A DNA stretch of 46,765 bases from Paraglomus brasilianum (taxonomy: Eukaryota). Under the pieces are notes generated by a model, which was not told the DNA's origin, ran no database searches, and saw nothing but the letters and a program-made list of their open reading frames with translations. This document shows positions 23,149 through 35,338 of this stretch, in pieces. Location of the stretch: the NCBI GenBank assembly GCA_910592345.1, contig CAJVPI010000170.1:1-46765 (forward strand), given 5' to 3'. The stretch's first letter is position 1, and each line of letters opens with the position of its first letter. A program made the translations under genes and the position numbers.

Positions 23149-26100
23149 ATGGAGAGTGGGTCTAATTCGCTTAGAAGGAGTTATGGTTCTTCCGGAAAGA
23201 GAAGGTCAAAGCGCATGTCAGGGAGCAGTGGAAATAATGCAGTCACTGAAGACCTGATCTACCAATATGCGTTGCGAGTTGCGTACTTAACTTCTTTGAC
23301 GCAGCCTAAAGCGGTTCCTTCAGCACCAGAGTCGAATGTTGATCCTAATTACAAAAGATACTCAGCTAGCAAAGAAAAAACAAGTCACTTGGATCAATTA
23401 CATAGTTCTGTAACTCATGGTCTATATCAGCTAGGAGAATTTCTTAAGGAAGAAAGAAAAGGTCGTCAGAGAATTCCCAAAGAGTTAATTAAGGCTTTAC
23501 AGACAAGACTAAAGAATATAATTGACGGGCGTGACCCCAATCCAGTTTTTCAGGATCCATATTTAAAGACGGAGATTAGCTTGTTCTATGATGCCCTTTC
23601 GCGACCTGCATTTCAGAAACAATTAAAGTCTAATAGTAAAATTGAGGATTTGGTTTTGATTTATCTCCAGACTGCTCAGATAGAGCTCAAAAAGGCATCC
23701 TTTGAGCCACCGGTAACATGGCAGGACAAATTGACTGAACACGTTGGTATATTTGTCGAATTATTGGAGGAAGCCTTGCAGTCTAGAGAATGCGCGGGAA
23801 TTGCGAATCCTGAATTGATGGCTAGACTGAATTCGTATAAAAATAAATTTGGCGCTAAATCGAATAAAGTGGCTAACACTAATGTCACTAGCTCTAATGC
23901 GGATGATATGGCAATGGTTAAAATGGTGCAAGCAATGTTCAATGTGTCTGCCAATCAATTACAAAAGGACATCAATGCAATAAAGAGGCAATGCACTGAA
24001 CAAGTAGGACATTTTCTTATGAATATCCGAGAGTGGGGTTTGCTTGTTGGTTGCTATTAGCATAATTTGTATTTGGTTAAAATTTACATTTCTGTTGGTA
24101 TTTCAATCTGTCCACCCCGCTTAATCATATCTACACTATTCCATTCCTATTTATAAGGCAGCTGTTGAAGATCTAAGGGTTTTCATCAACCACGTAAATC
24201 GTGGCTCGCCATTCACTGCGAGAAGGGAGGATTTTGATTCAGATGAAGCATATACCAATTGGAAATCGGTAGAGACAAGGACCGTCTCTGACATAATGGC
24301 GGCTATGTTAAAATTTAATCCTAATTTAGCTCTAAGGCAGTCCAATGAAGTTCTCCCTTCATTATTGTCGAGAGGCGTTGGAGGCACTTCTCCACAGAAG
24401 AGAGCATCATTGTTGGGTCCACGAAGACAAACATTTACAGGTACACCGAATACAGATACTGTAAAGGATGCATTTGGTAGATACGAACAGCAGCAACAAC
24501 AGCAACAGCAACAGCAGCAACAACGACAGCAGCCACAACCACACCCACAACAACAGCAACAGCATCATAATGTACGACATTCCCTGCCAACACCACCACC
24601 TCACAAAAACCAAGTGCCGCCTCCTACTCCACCTCGCCGACAATCAGGGAATACGTCTCATGGCGGCGGTCAAGTTCCACCTCCTATGCCACCTCGCCCA
24701 GGGTCGAATTCACCGCCTTCTCAAAGCAGCCAATACCATCCGATTGCGCTACGCCCACAATCGAGGCCTTCCTCGTTTACAACACCTTCTTCTCATTCTT
24801 CATTCAGTTCAACGTCACAGGATCAGCTTCAATTCAATCCTCAACAACAGCCGCAGTACTCATATTCTTCACAAACAGCATATCCACCGCAAACGGCATA
24901 TTCATCGCAACCTTCATATCCGCCGCAAAGTCCATATCAGACACAGTCTTCCTATCAACCGCCATATCAATCATTCCCGCAAATGCCACAGCCGCAAATT
25001 CCACAGCCATACATGGAATTCACACCAACCCCAACATCATCATATCCACCATATGCATCGTCACCACTACCTCCTCAGCCACAGTCACAGTCGAATACAG
25101 GATATGATCAGTCACCAAAGTCACAATCAATTACTCAACCCCCATATCAGAGCAGAGCACTCCCACAGATTCCCACTCAACGACAGCAGCAGGAAAATTA
25201 TCCCCCACCTTATCCACCTGCTCAGTATTCTTCTTCACAATATTCGTATCCCAATCCTCAACAACCACAACAACAGACAGAGCAATACTATTCACAGTCT
25301 TCATCGCAGTATTATCCACCGTCTCAGCCAGAATACCCCCCAACTGAGACCTACACAGTTGAGACGACATACTCCCAAACTCAGACAAAGTACGCAGCCG
25401 AGAAATCATACCCGGCCGAGGCAGCATACCCGGCCGAAACAACATATACAGATGAGACAGTATTCTCTCCTGAGACGAAATACTCGGTTGAGACGACATA
25501 CATGACTGAGTCAAATGTAGATATCAATGAAAATGTGCAAGATGGTCCAGAACCTCCGGTAGAAGATGATGAAGCTGTTGATGAGGTATAAAAGATAATA
25601 TACTAACCTTTCAGTCATTACCGTCGAGCGCATACTAATATCAACATTCACATAATGCCATATTCTTCTAGGCGCAATCAAACAGTCTTGGTACATTTAC
25701 CTACATCCCTCCTCAACCAAAAACCTACTACAAGTTACTTATGACTAAATGCATTGACTACGAGCTCAGTATTCGCTCGCCCGATGACAATTCTCTCAAA
25801 CTTCTTAGCAAAAAAGTGTCCGACCTTCTCAACGAGTGCTCTCTCAGATGGAGGATATCTCCCATATACCGAGCGCTGTTGTACCTGGACATAGTACAGA
25901 CCAAGCATGATAATGAACACCCGTTGGTGGCGTTAGACCACGTTAGCGAAGGAATGCATTTGCTCAAGGACATAATGAAGAAGCGAGACATGTCTTTGTG
26001 GACGATAAGCGAAGTGCGTTTATTATTAAATTACAATGATACCATTTTATTGTTTTCATTATTTTGTTTTCCAGGGATGTACGGATGTTTGATGACTAGC

Positions 26101-29100
26101 CAATGGAAACTAATATTTATATTCTCTTCCCTTTGTTGACATCTTCAGAAAAAAGAGCTTTTGGACGTTTATACTCATGTACATCAGTCAATGCTGCAAT
26201 ATCTTAAACAAGCATTAGAATATTTGTATAAGATTAAAACAACGTCATTTGAACCAGTATTTTTAATATTAAACTCCATCTACGACTTGGAGATCTTCCG
26301 AGTAGCTAATCCTGATATATCACCCTTTTACAATGACATAAGAGAGACAGTAGGAGTAAGTATCCTATTTGAACTTGAATTACAACTCTTCTTAAGCAAC
26401 GATAATTTTGCATGACATAATTTTTTCTATTTTTTATAAAACAGAAAGCGGCAGTTACTCAGTATACGGAACAGAGGAACAAGGTCTTTGAAGAGCAAAA
26501 AGAAAATGAAGTTCTAGTGCTACTGACTCTCTCCCAGTGGATACAGGATGAAATTGGTAAATTACATACGAAATATCCTGAGACACTCATAGGGTAAATA
26601 TGTATTCGTAATGATTATTGGTAGCACTGATGGTCTTAAGTATTTCGTATCATATTAACGAGCTTGCCATTCCACTACTTACCTGCTTTGATAGACAAAT
26701 AAATGTGCTTCAATTAATTATTGAGAAACAGGTCCCACTCTTTACATTGGATATGGAGAACTTGGCAAATGAAATTTTGCAAGATGTAAAGGCGTCAGGA
26801 GAGGAGGCAAAACTAGTTGACGACATTTTTGACTTATATCGAGAGGTCCTTGCTATTAAAGTATTATACGAGCAACATTGTCAAGGGTATGTTTTGTCCT
26901 AACGGTTTGTTGTCTTTTTTTTATACAATTTGTCAGAGATCACTGTACATCATCTAACGTTCATTACCCGAACCAAATTCGTTAATTTTGCTTTAAGGGC
27001 AAGCTTGAATTTCAGTATTGAAGGTTGGTTCAGGCCACATGTTCGTAAGTGGTTAGAGATGACAGATGCAAAGACACAAACCTGGGTACAATCGGCAATT
27101 AGCGTGGATGAGGTCGGTCTTAACTCTTATTCTACCCTACGACTAAGCATGTAAACAACCTCTAACACTATTTTTCCTAAAGTTTAAACCTATCAGTTCA
27201 ATCGAGGCTCATTCATCTTCGGTAGTTGATTTGTTCACTTCCTTCAATCAGACCATTGATTTCTTGAAAAATCTTAACTGGCCAAATGAATATCAATATG
27301 CAAAATTCATGACGACTCTTTCAAAGGTTGCGTACACTCGCTTTGTAGCAGTAAGGTTGTTGTTTCCATGTGCTAATGCGATTATTATACCTTACAGATA
27401 ATTTGTAAAGCATTGGAACAGTATTGCGTGGTCATTGATGATCTGTTTGTGGCCGACATATTTCCAGAGGAACCGAGCGAAACAATGGAGAAGCAATCTA
27501 GTTGGTATGTTCGAGCTAAGAAATCGGTTGCAAATAATCAAAAGATTACTCCATTTGATTTCAAGCCAGAGGTAAGGACTGAATGAATATCTCATCAATT
27601 AGTTCATTGTAAACATGAGATTAAAACTATTTTATTACTTACCATAGCTATGTGTGAAAATGAATAATATCGAGGCAGCACGCGAGAATCTAAACAAACT
27701 CTATAACACAATGGACGTCGACTACTTAGCAAACTTAATCCAAGATTCCGGACCTCCTGTCCCCGAAAAAAATGATAAACCGGAAAATATGAGCTATCTC
27801 TTCACAATAAAAATAGTTCGTGCTGAAAATCTTGCAGCCCTTGATGCAAACGGGCTAAGTGACCCATACTGTAGATTAAATGACGAAAAAGGTCGTCAGC
27901 TAGCAGAAACACGTGTAATTTATGAGACACTAAACCCACGCTGGGATGAAGCATTCGATATCTCGGTCGAAATTGGGGATCAAATGCGATGGGTCTCTGT
28001 TACTGTCTGGGATAGAGATCAATTGGGAACAGACGACATTTGTGGGAGGGCATATTTTAAGTTGGATCCAGTATATTTTGGCGACTTTTTGCCTCACGAC
28101 GTATGGTTAGATTTGGAACAACAAGGGAAGTTGCTGTTGAGGATAAGCATGGAGGGCGAGAAAGATGATATTCAATTTCACTTTGGGAAGGCTTTCAGGG
28201 TTCTGAAGAGAACAGGGGACGACATGTCAAGGAGAATTCTCGATCAGGTTCGCTACTGTAATTTGTTAAAGACATCATGCAAATTACGTTTATTAATAAT
28301 CGTCTAATCTCTTGCAATTGCAGATATTCCCATTCTTGACCCAATGCATCTCTAAAAGTGTTCTCAATAACCTAGTGAAAAAACCCTCCTTGAAAACGTT
28401 CTTCAAGGAAGAAAAGAAGAAAGAACTGACTGATATTGAGATCGAGGAAGCCATAGGACCATTATTTGACTATTTTGATGTTAACTTTGCCATTTTGAGT
28501 AGTAGTTTAAACCAAAATGTGATGTTGGCTGTCATGGGGAAGATTTGGAAACTGATTGAGACAATCATTGAGGATCTATTAATCCCACCGTACTCTGACC
28601 GCCCATCGGACATGAAACCTTTGAGCGGGGTTGAGGTTGACGTAGTCTTTAAGTGGCTGAAGGTATGTTAGAACAGTGTTTCATAACATATATGCTTAAA
28701 AATCAATCAACGTTTAACTCCTATGCGTAAATCTTATTTTCTATTCCATTACTTGTTACCCAGTTCCTACGAGACTACTCTAATGCAGGTGGTAATGGCG
28801 TCCCGGCGGAAATTCTTGATAATGCCAAATATCAGAAACTCTTAGCTGTCCAACTCTTCTACGATATGGAGACTGAAGCCCTAATGCAAGAATATTTACA
28901 AAATCAAATTGAAACTTCCCTTGCTCCGCGCAGGAGACCATCGAAACTTGGTAAATCTGTATTAAATCAGCGCAATCTTGGTACTATTCGTAAACGCAAG
29001 ACGGAAAAGCGTAAACAGCATCAAGATAATGGGGAAATTATATTGAGAATCCTGAGGATGCGTTCTGGAACGAAAAATTTCTTGAAACAACAAGCAGAGG

Positions 29101-29153
29101 AGCGGGCTAGAAAAACCCTGGCGTCTGCAACTAAGGAATCCGCTAGTAACTAA
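23149..29153 (+). CDS. Munc13-like MHD1-C2-MHD2 protein (S. pombe Git1/Sync1, yeast YOR296W family), about 12 exons
   Basis: N-terminal YQYALRVAYL; FTYIPPQPKTYY; WVQSAISVDEFKP...HSSSVVDLF; C2 domain FTIKIVRAENL..LDANGLSDPY..TLNPRWDEAF..VWDRD; SMEGEKDDIQFHFGKAFR; RNLGTIRKRK..ILRILRMR. All introns GT-AG. Confidence 0.88.
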
Positions 29154-29406
29154 ACGTGGGTGTGTTTGGTTAGTATGCAAGATTGGAAATATTTTAACAA
29201 ATACTAAGTGTGACAGAGTTGAAGTCTATTATTGTATTACTCATCCTTACTCTGTTTATATTTATCCGAGTTGATGTATATTTGTGTAAATGCTCTCTAT
29301 TTATTTAAGCATAGGCCCATTTCAGATGTAATAAATATAATATACGTAATAGATACTTATAAAATGATTTAAAGAACAAAAGACATGGGATGATACTATT
29401 TTTAGT

Positions 29407-30948
29407 TCATATTTTTATGTCTTCCCACGGGAAGTCTTTAGGGATAATTTCCTCATCATTATTTATATATCCTGTCAACCATTCTAAAGCGTCAACGAGA
29501 CCTAAAATCAAGAAGAGAAATTTAGTTGTTGCATGAATGGCATCGTAAAGGAAAAGGTAGGTCTGCATAGTTGTACTCACGTGGACCAGGTCGGTTAAAC
29601 ATCTGGCATTATTCATTAATTAGTATACATGTCAATATAGAATTAGCATACTCATGCAAATGTGAAAGCAAGATTTCCTACTTGATTTCCGTCTACAAGT
29701 GCCAACTTTTTTACGTTCTTCATCAGTTCAGGCCACCATTCAGATGTCTTTAGTACATTTTCATATTCCTTTCTGGTTGTGTCAAGATCCAATCCACATG
29801 GACATATAATAACAATTTCCGGCTTTTCCTTGATAAGATTTTCAGGTGGAACTCTAAATCTGAAATAAATAGAGTTTTTCTTTTCAAGCTCTCAATGGAC
29901 CCGTTCGCTGCAAATGAGTTTTCTTCACACTTACGATGGCGCAGCCCCAATCTGCGCAGTCTGACCATCTTTGCAGTCATTAATTACTTGAGCACCGCCA
30001 CACCATCTTATAACTTGTGGTGTCCAATGTCCACCTGCGTATATGGGTGCAGTCCATTCAAAGAAAGCTACTTTGTGGTAATATCCATTACGACGAGACA
30101 AGGCCGTATTAGCAAGATTTCTAGCATAAGTTATTCTTGAAGTGAGTTTCGTGATGATGTCTCTAGACTGTGTTACGAGATTAAAGGCTGTGCCAACGTC
30201 TGTAATCGATGATATGACATCCTAGAAAATTATAAGGGATGCATGATAATAATATGATACAATTAGTGAATTATTTGTGTCAAGAAGGATAAACATCGTG
30301 ACCAGATTTGTCTGAAGATTAAATAACCATTACATCAATTGATAATGGGTTCAGAGTCACAACAGTTGGAACTGAATAATGGAATCATATTCAATTAGAT
30401 ACGACATGGTGATATGAATGCAACAAATAGTTACAGAATGCATACTTGGATCCAGTTCCTTTGCAGCTCTTTGGACGGTCGTCAGATCTATAGAACACAC
30501 ATGACAAAGATCCTATGGAGACATGTATATAATTAACAATCGGTATAGCTACAAACATTGGACTTTCACATTTCGCTGACTCACTTGAGTAACAACAACA
30601 TCGGGCTTCAGCTCTTTCAGAAGTTCCACGTTTAGATCATAAAGACCATTGCCTTCTGAAAGTAACTGTGTTACTTGTCTGTCAATATCTTCTGTTGTGG
30701 TAAACTTGGTTCTTTGATAATGAAATTGCCATCAATTTGCGACACTTATTTAGTGCGATTATGACATTTTAACCATTCGAAATTAAATAGTACTTTGCAG
30801 CAGTGAGAATGGGTACGCCTTTGACTATTTCATGAGGATGATCATCTTCGTGGCTTCTTCCTACTAATTTTATATGATTATTCTGTGCAATAAATAAACC
30901 TATTATTTCTGCTGCCGAAGGAAGTAAGGAAACCACTTTTATAGACAT
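29407..30948 (-). CDS. BtuF/TroA-like helical-backbone periplasmic-binding-fold protein (cobalamin/Fe-chelate binding family), about 8 exons
   Basis: Spliced translation MSIKVVSLLPSAAEII..LVGRSHEDDHP..IDRQV..GLYDLNVELLKELKPDVVVTQ/DLCHVCSID..FEWTAPIYAGGHWTPQ..IICPCGLDL..LVDGNQ/MFNRPGPR/LVDALEWL; GT-AG introns. Confidence 0.85.
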
Positions 30949-31406
30949 TTTACAAAAATTCCGTCGGTAGACAAAAAAAAAAGTTAACGATGAGGCGTGG
31001 TAATTAATGAAGATCAGGTACTTTTTAATTTGCTCAAAAAAGTTGTAATCAAAGCAGACGTTAAATTGACACGTGAATATATCGGAACGAGAATTCTGGA
31101 CATGCTCGCCACCATTGGAAGCACGCTGTAATTATAATCTTGCAAGATGAAGTTCAAGAATGGTGGCTGGTGTCATACTCTCATTAGTTATTTTATGATA
31201 TACATAATATTAATATTTATACTTTTCCTATTGTAATAAAAGAGTGAGCACAAGAGATAACTAGACGAGCTTCGTACTAAAAATCCATATTAAATATATT
31301 GGTTACGCGCATAAATTCAAGTTGGCAACGTGTCGCGTGAACTGCGGTCGTCTCGTTCAGTCTTGTAAAAGACAAAAAAATTTATTTTTCCCGATCAGTA
31401 GTAGTA

Positions 31407-31712
31407 CACAGTGAACCTGAATATAACGAAGTGGTCTGTTCCGCCCTTTTTTCTTCGCAGGTTTTCGTTATATCCAGGTTTCCTCTTTATAAGGAAGTTC
31501 TAGATGGAATCACGTATGTCAACCAATACAATTACAGAGTTCGAGCCACAATATGCCCCAAAATAGAAAGATAATCGAATTTATACTACTACTACAGGTA
31601 ACTAAGTTTTTCTAATTAACTTCGTTATATCCAGGAAATTCTATTAGACGGACATTCGTTATAGTCAAATTTCGTTATATCCAGGTTTTTCGTTATATCA
31701 GGGTTCACCGTG
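31407..31712. mobile_element. pogo/Tigger-like MITE
   Basis: TIRs CACAGTGAACCTGAATATAACGAA / TTCGTTATATCAGGGTTCACCGTG, flanked by TA on both sides; internal TTCGTTATATCCAGG subterminal repeats; no ORF. Confidence 0.8.
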
Positions 31713-31788
31713 TATGTGTATTATATTAGATCGACACCTAAAATAAATGTTAGTCTCACAAAACACAAAAAGATGTTCTCGTCAAAAT

Positions 31789-32662
31789 ATGGTTTCCTCT
31801 GCTTTTAAGGAAGTAACTGTGGAGTATTACATACACCTTGCGCCCGTTTTTTTTGGTAACGTGACTCATGGAATAAAAGAAATATTCGGTGCACTTGTTA
31901 TGAAGTATGTTTAAAACAATTCGATATTTCGTTGAGCTCGCATGATCAACATTAATCAATCATGACATCGGTTTACAAGATATGTTCCAGAATTAGGAGG
32001 TATCGTCTTGGCCTTTTCCAATCTACGAGTATTAAGTCCAGGGCAATATATACTCGAGGACACCCCCTATGGTCACTTTTGGGTACGCGCTAATTTGTTG
32101 TTATGGGCACCCGAGATCGGATGCATATCATGTAAGTTTCTTATTTACTTCCGGTATTGATGCAATTTCCCGTTCCTATTCGATTAATGAATGCCATCTT
32201 TATAGCTGCTACGGTAACAATGCAGTCTGCAGGTCATATACGGCTTCGCATGTACGACACCTTTGACGTGATTATCCCCGTAAAGGAGATACCTCGTGAC
32301 GTATACGGCTGGACTGACTCCGAGGCAATACATCAACTTTTACGTACTGACACGAATTCTCTGCAACCTGTCGAATTGTCGAATCTCGGACAAGGAGTAT
32401 GGTTTAACAAAAGTACCGGTGATTGTATTGAAACAGGTTCTGAGCTGGAGTTTAAAGTTATCAAGTAGGTTTCGTTACGTATTAGCTCAAGCATTTGCAG
32501 TCTGCTGTTGAACGTAAAACATTAATATATTAACGTTTCGTGGCTAGAATGAAATTCGAAATTAAAGGAGACGCTGAGGAAACCGTTATAATAGGATCAC
32601 TCGACACTGGAGGGCGGGAAATGCAAAGTGATCCTGGTTCCATGTCTGCATCTAACGAGTAA
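31789..32662 (+). CDS. RPA43: RNA polymerase I subunit A43, 4 exons
   Basis: YIHLAPVF..GIKE..LVMK/YVPELGGIVLAFSN..TPYGHFWV..LLLWAPEIG/..QSAGHIRL..TFDVIIP...IP..GVW..LEFKV; GT-AG introns. Confidence 0.8.
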
Positions 32663-33488
32663 TGATAATTCAACTTTCGTATTGCTTCTGAAAACTATCG
32701 TGTAAAATAGAAATAAAAGCCTACTTTAATAAAAGTTTTAGCCTGAAAAGGTGCTGTCTGCTAAAAACATCACTTAAGTAATATTTACGACCATTGATAA
32801 TTACAAATTCAGTCCGACGACCTGGACCCGAATTATTCTGAATATAACAGTGAAACGCTATTTCTAATAAAACTTGACCCTATAAGATCCAAAGAGGTTG
32901 AATAATACATGCGCAGAAAATGGAATGACATTCAAAACGAATCGTTCAACTGAGAGAAGTAAATGTGAGATACTTGTTGCAACGTTAGATAAAAGTTTAT
33001 TGCCAAAACTTTTGTTACTCACGCTTTGCAACGCATCGTACGCAGAAGATTGTAAAAGAGGTGAACGTACTAAAATGTCAAAATTTTTTATTACACGCTT
33101 GAGCTGGAATCTTCTGAGGGATAGAGATAAAAGGCCAATTTTAGATTATACGCTATAGAACACGTAAACGACTGGACAGTAGTTCGGTTGAAGTTAGTAT
33201 CCCTTTTTTTTTGTTTTTAATGACAAGACGACCCTTCATTTACACAAACGTGGACGGGGTAAAATTATGTGATTTGCAGTGTGCACATAGTAAGAGCACG
33301 ACTGTCGTAAGTTAAATTAAACTCGCGTCACCAATCATTCGTGATTCCCTGTTTTCTTTCGAAATCGTTCTGCTGAGGAGATGCTCTGAAAATGTAATAA
33401 GAAAGCAGCAGGAATCCCGAGCCCCATCCTCTTCGTACCTGTTCCTTTTTTTCTCTTTAATTTCCCTATTCTTTCGGCAGGATTCTTG

Positions 33489-34483
33489 TCACTCATCATA
33501 ACTTTCTCTCCTCTCCTCTCTTCTACTCCGCCTTCTTCTCCTGTCTCTAACAACCTTATTCCCCTCTCCATTTCTATCAATATCCATATCTCTACTTCTT
33601 TCTCTACTTTTATCTCTATCCATACTCATACTTCTGTCTCTGCCCCTATCCCTGTCGGTTCCATCCCTATCTCTACTCCTATCACGTCTACTCCGTCGCT
33701 GTTCCGACAAGTAAGCACGTTGAGCTGCAAAGAGTTCTTTCTTCAGTCGGCGCGATACCTGTTTCAGATGCATAAAATTGCAAAAACCACCACGTGTGCA
33801 TTCGGAATTCTCGTTTTGTCTGCAGCAGGCTTCGCGAAAGTCGGTTACAGGAGATAGTTCGGCGTATATTGGGCGACCTTAAAGATAGAGCGTCATAATA
33901 AAGGTCATTTAATAATGAATGAGTTGACAGAAGTGAAATCAAAAGTATGTTCAACAACCAACGGTTCGAATATTTTCGCTTAAAAAAGGATGTTGCCGCC
34001 GATTGTGTTATTACATACCAGCATAGAACCTTTGGTTTAAATTATCAACTGCCTTCTGTGCGTCTTCTTCGTAACCAAACCTCGCGTATACATTTCCTAT
34101 CAAGTGATCCCCAACATTATCACATACATGCATTTCCTCTACTTCACCGTATTTGCATAGCTCTATAAAAAAATCTTCATAAAAATCGTCAAAATGTTGC
34201 TGTAATTGTTCCTCTGTCATGCTACAGTTCATATCGTGAGCAGGATTCTGATATACATTCGAACAGAGTATAGTTTGGGAGAATGTTGGTTTGACATGTT
34301 TCCTGCTACAACGATCTCCGTGTCGACAAGCACCGATCTTGAAGTAGAATGAACAGTTTACTCTAGCAATGCAAGCGAATGATCGTTAATTGCTGTGCTT
34401 AATGAAAGAAGTATCTACGTGCAAAAACCAGCTACTTACTTGTCCTTCTCCGTACCATATATTGAAGCTAAATACTCTGCCAT
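33489..34483 (-). CDS. U2AF1: U2 auxiliary factor small subunit (U2AF35/U2AF23), 3 exons
   Basis: [40 protein letters not shown] domain [50 protein letters not shown]-rich tail. Confidence 0.96.
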
Positions 34484-35338
34484 CGAGGTCTACAAAAGTT
34501 GCGGAATAAGAATATATGCTTGGTGCTTAAATAATTTTTTCCCGATGACGTAATAATCATTATGGCAAGAATTAGGTTGCTTATGCACATCGGATTGGGA
34601 AGATCGCCTTATCCATTAATTAATGAATTTAGCACACCTACACTCGCTGATTATGATTTACTTTCAGTAGTATCGTATGATCTTCGTTCCTATAATTAAC
34701 AGTTATTTCACGTTCTCGTTCTCTTGTTAGCTTAATTGATATTAATATTAATATGCTATGTTAGCTTAGGATTTACTTCTAAATTTCAGTATTCTTAGTT
34801 GCGTTATTCGTAAAATGTAGGGTGTGGTTCTGTATTTAATAGTGTCTTCTTTTTGTAATTGAGAATTTACAGGTCAGAAGGTGTATATTATAACCTCATG
34901 GTTTGTACCTATTCCAACAAGAATCGTTTCATAGATGGGCGACTATCTTTATGCTTAGGAAAGCCAGCATCATCCGATTGACATCGTATTGCATGTTTTG
35001 TATATCTATATCGAAAACAACTAACACATTGTATAAATATTCTCTCACGAACGTAATATTTTTTCCTTTGCTAAAGCCCCTATGCATCTATTTGAAACAC
35101 ATATTGTGATGTGCAAAATTTTAATTGTTTGTAGCCTTGTCTGGTTTTTGGTGGCAAAGAATGCCCAATATATTATATCATCTGAGAATGTCTTTGTTAC
35201 AATATTAAGATTAAAAGCGGATTCAACGTTCAGACTACAACTAAATAACATTATTCCTGTTTACAACATGATCTCATTACATCCATATAATATCTATAAC
35301 TCTATTAATAATGTACACACCCTATCTCACACACTATT

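Noticed and set aside
24468..25505. 345-aa His/Asn/Arg-rich overlapping ORF
   Set aside because: Alternative-frame shadow of the CAA/CCA-rich Q/P exon, which is naturally poor in stop codons
31464..31700. Repeated TTCGTTATATCCAGG units as a CRISPR-like array
   Set aside because: Irregular spacing, eukaryotic context, and enclosure by TIRs indicate MITE subterminal repeats
32976..33032. Hairpin in the convergent RPA43/U2AF1 3' region as a SECIS element
   Set aside because: Lacks the AUGA..GA kink-turn core, and U2AF1 is not a plausible selenoprotein
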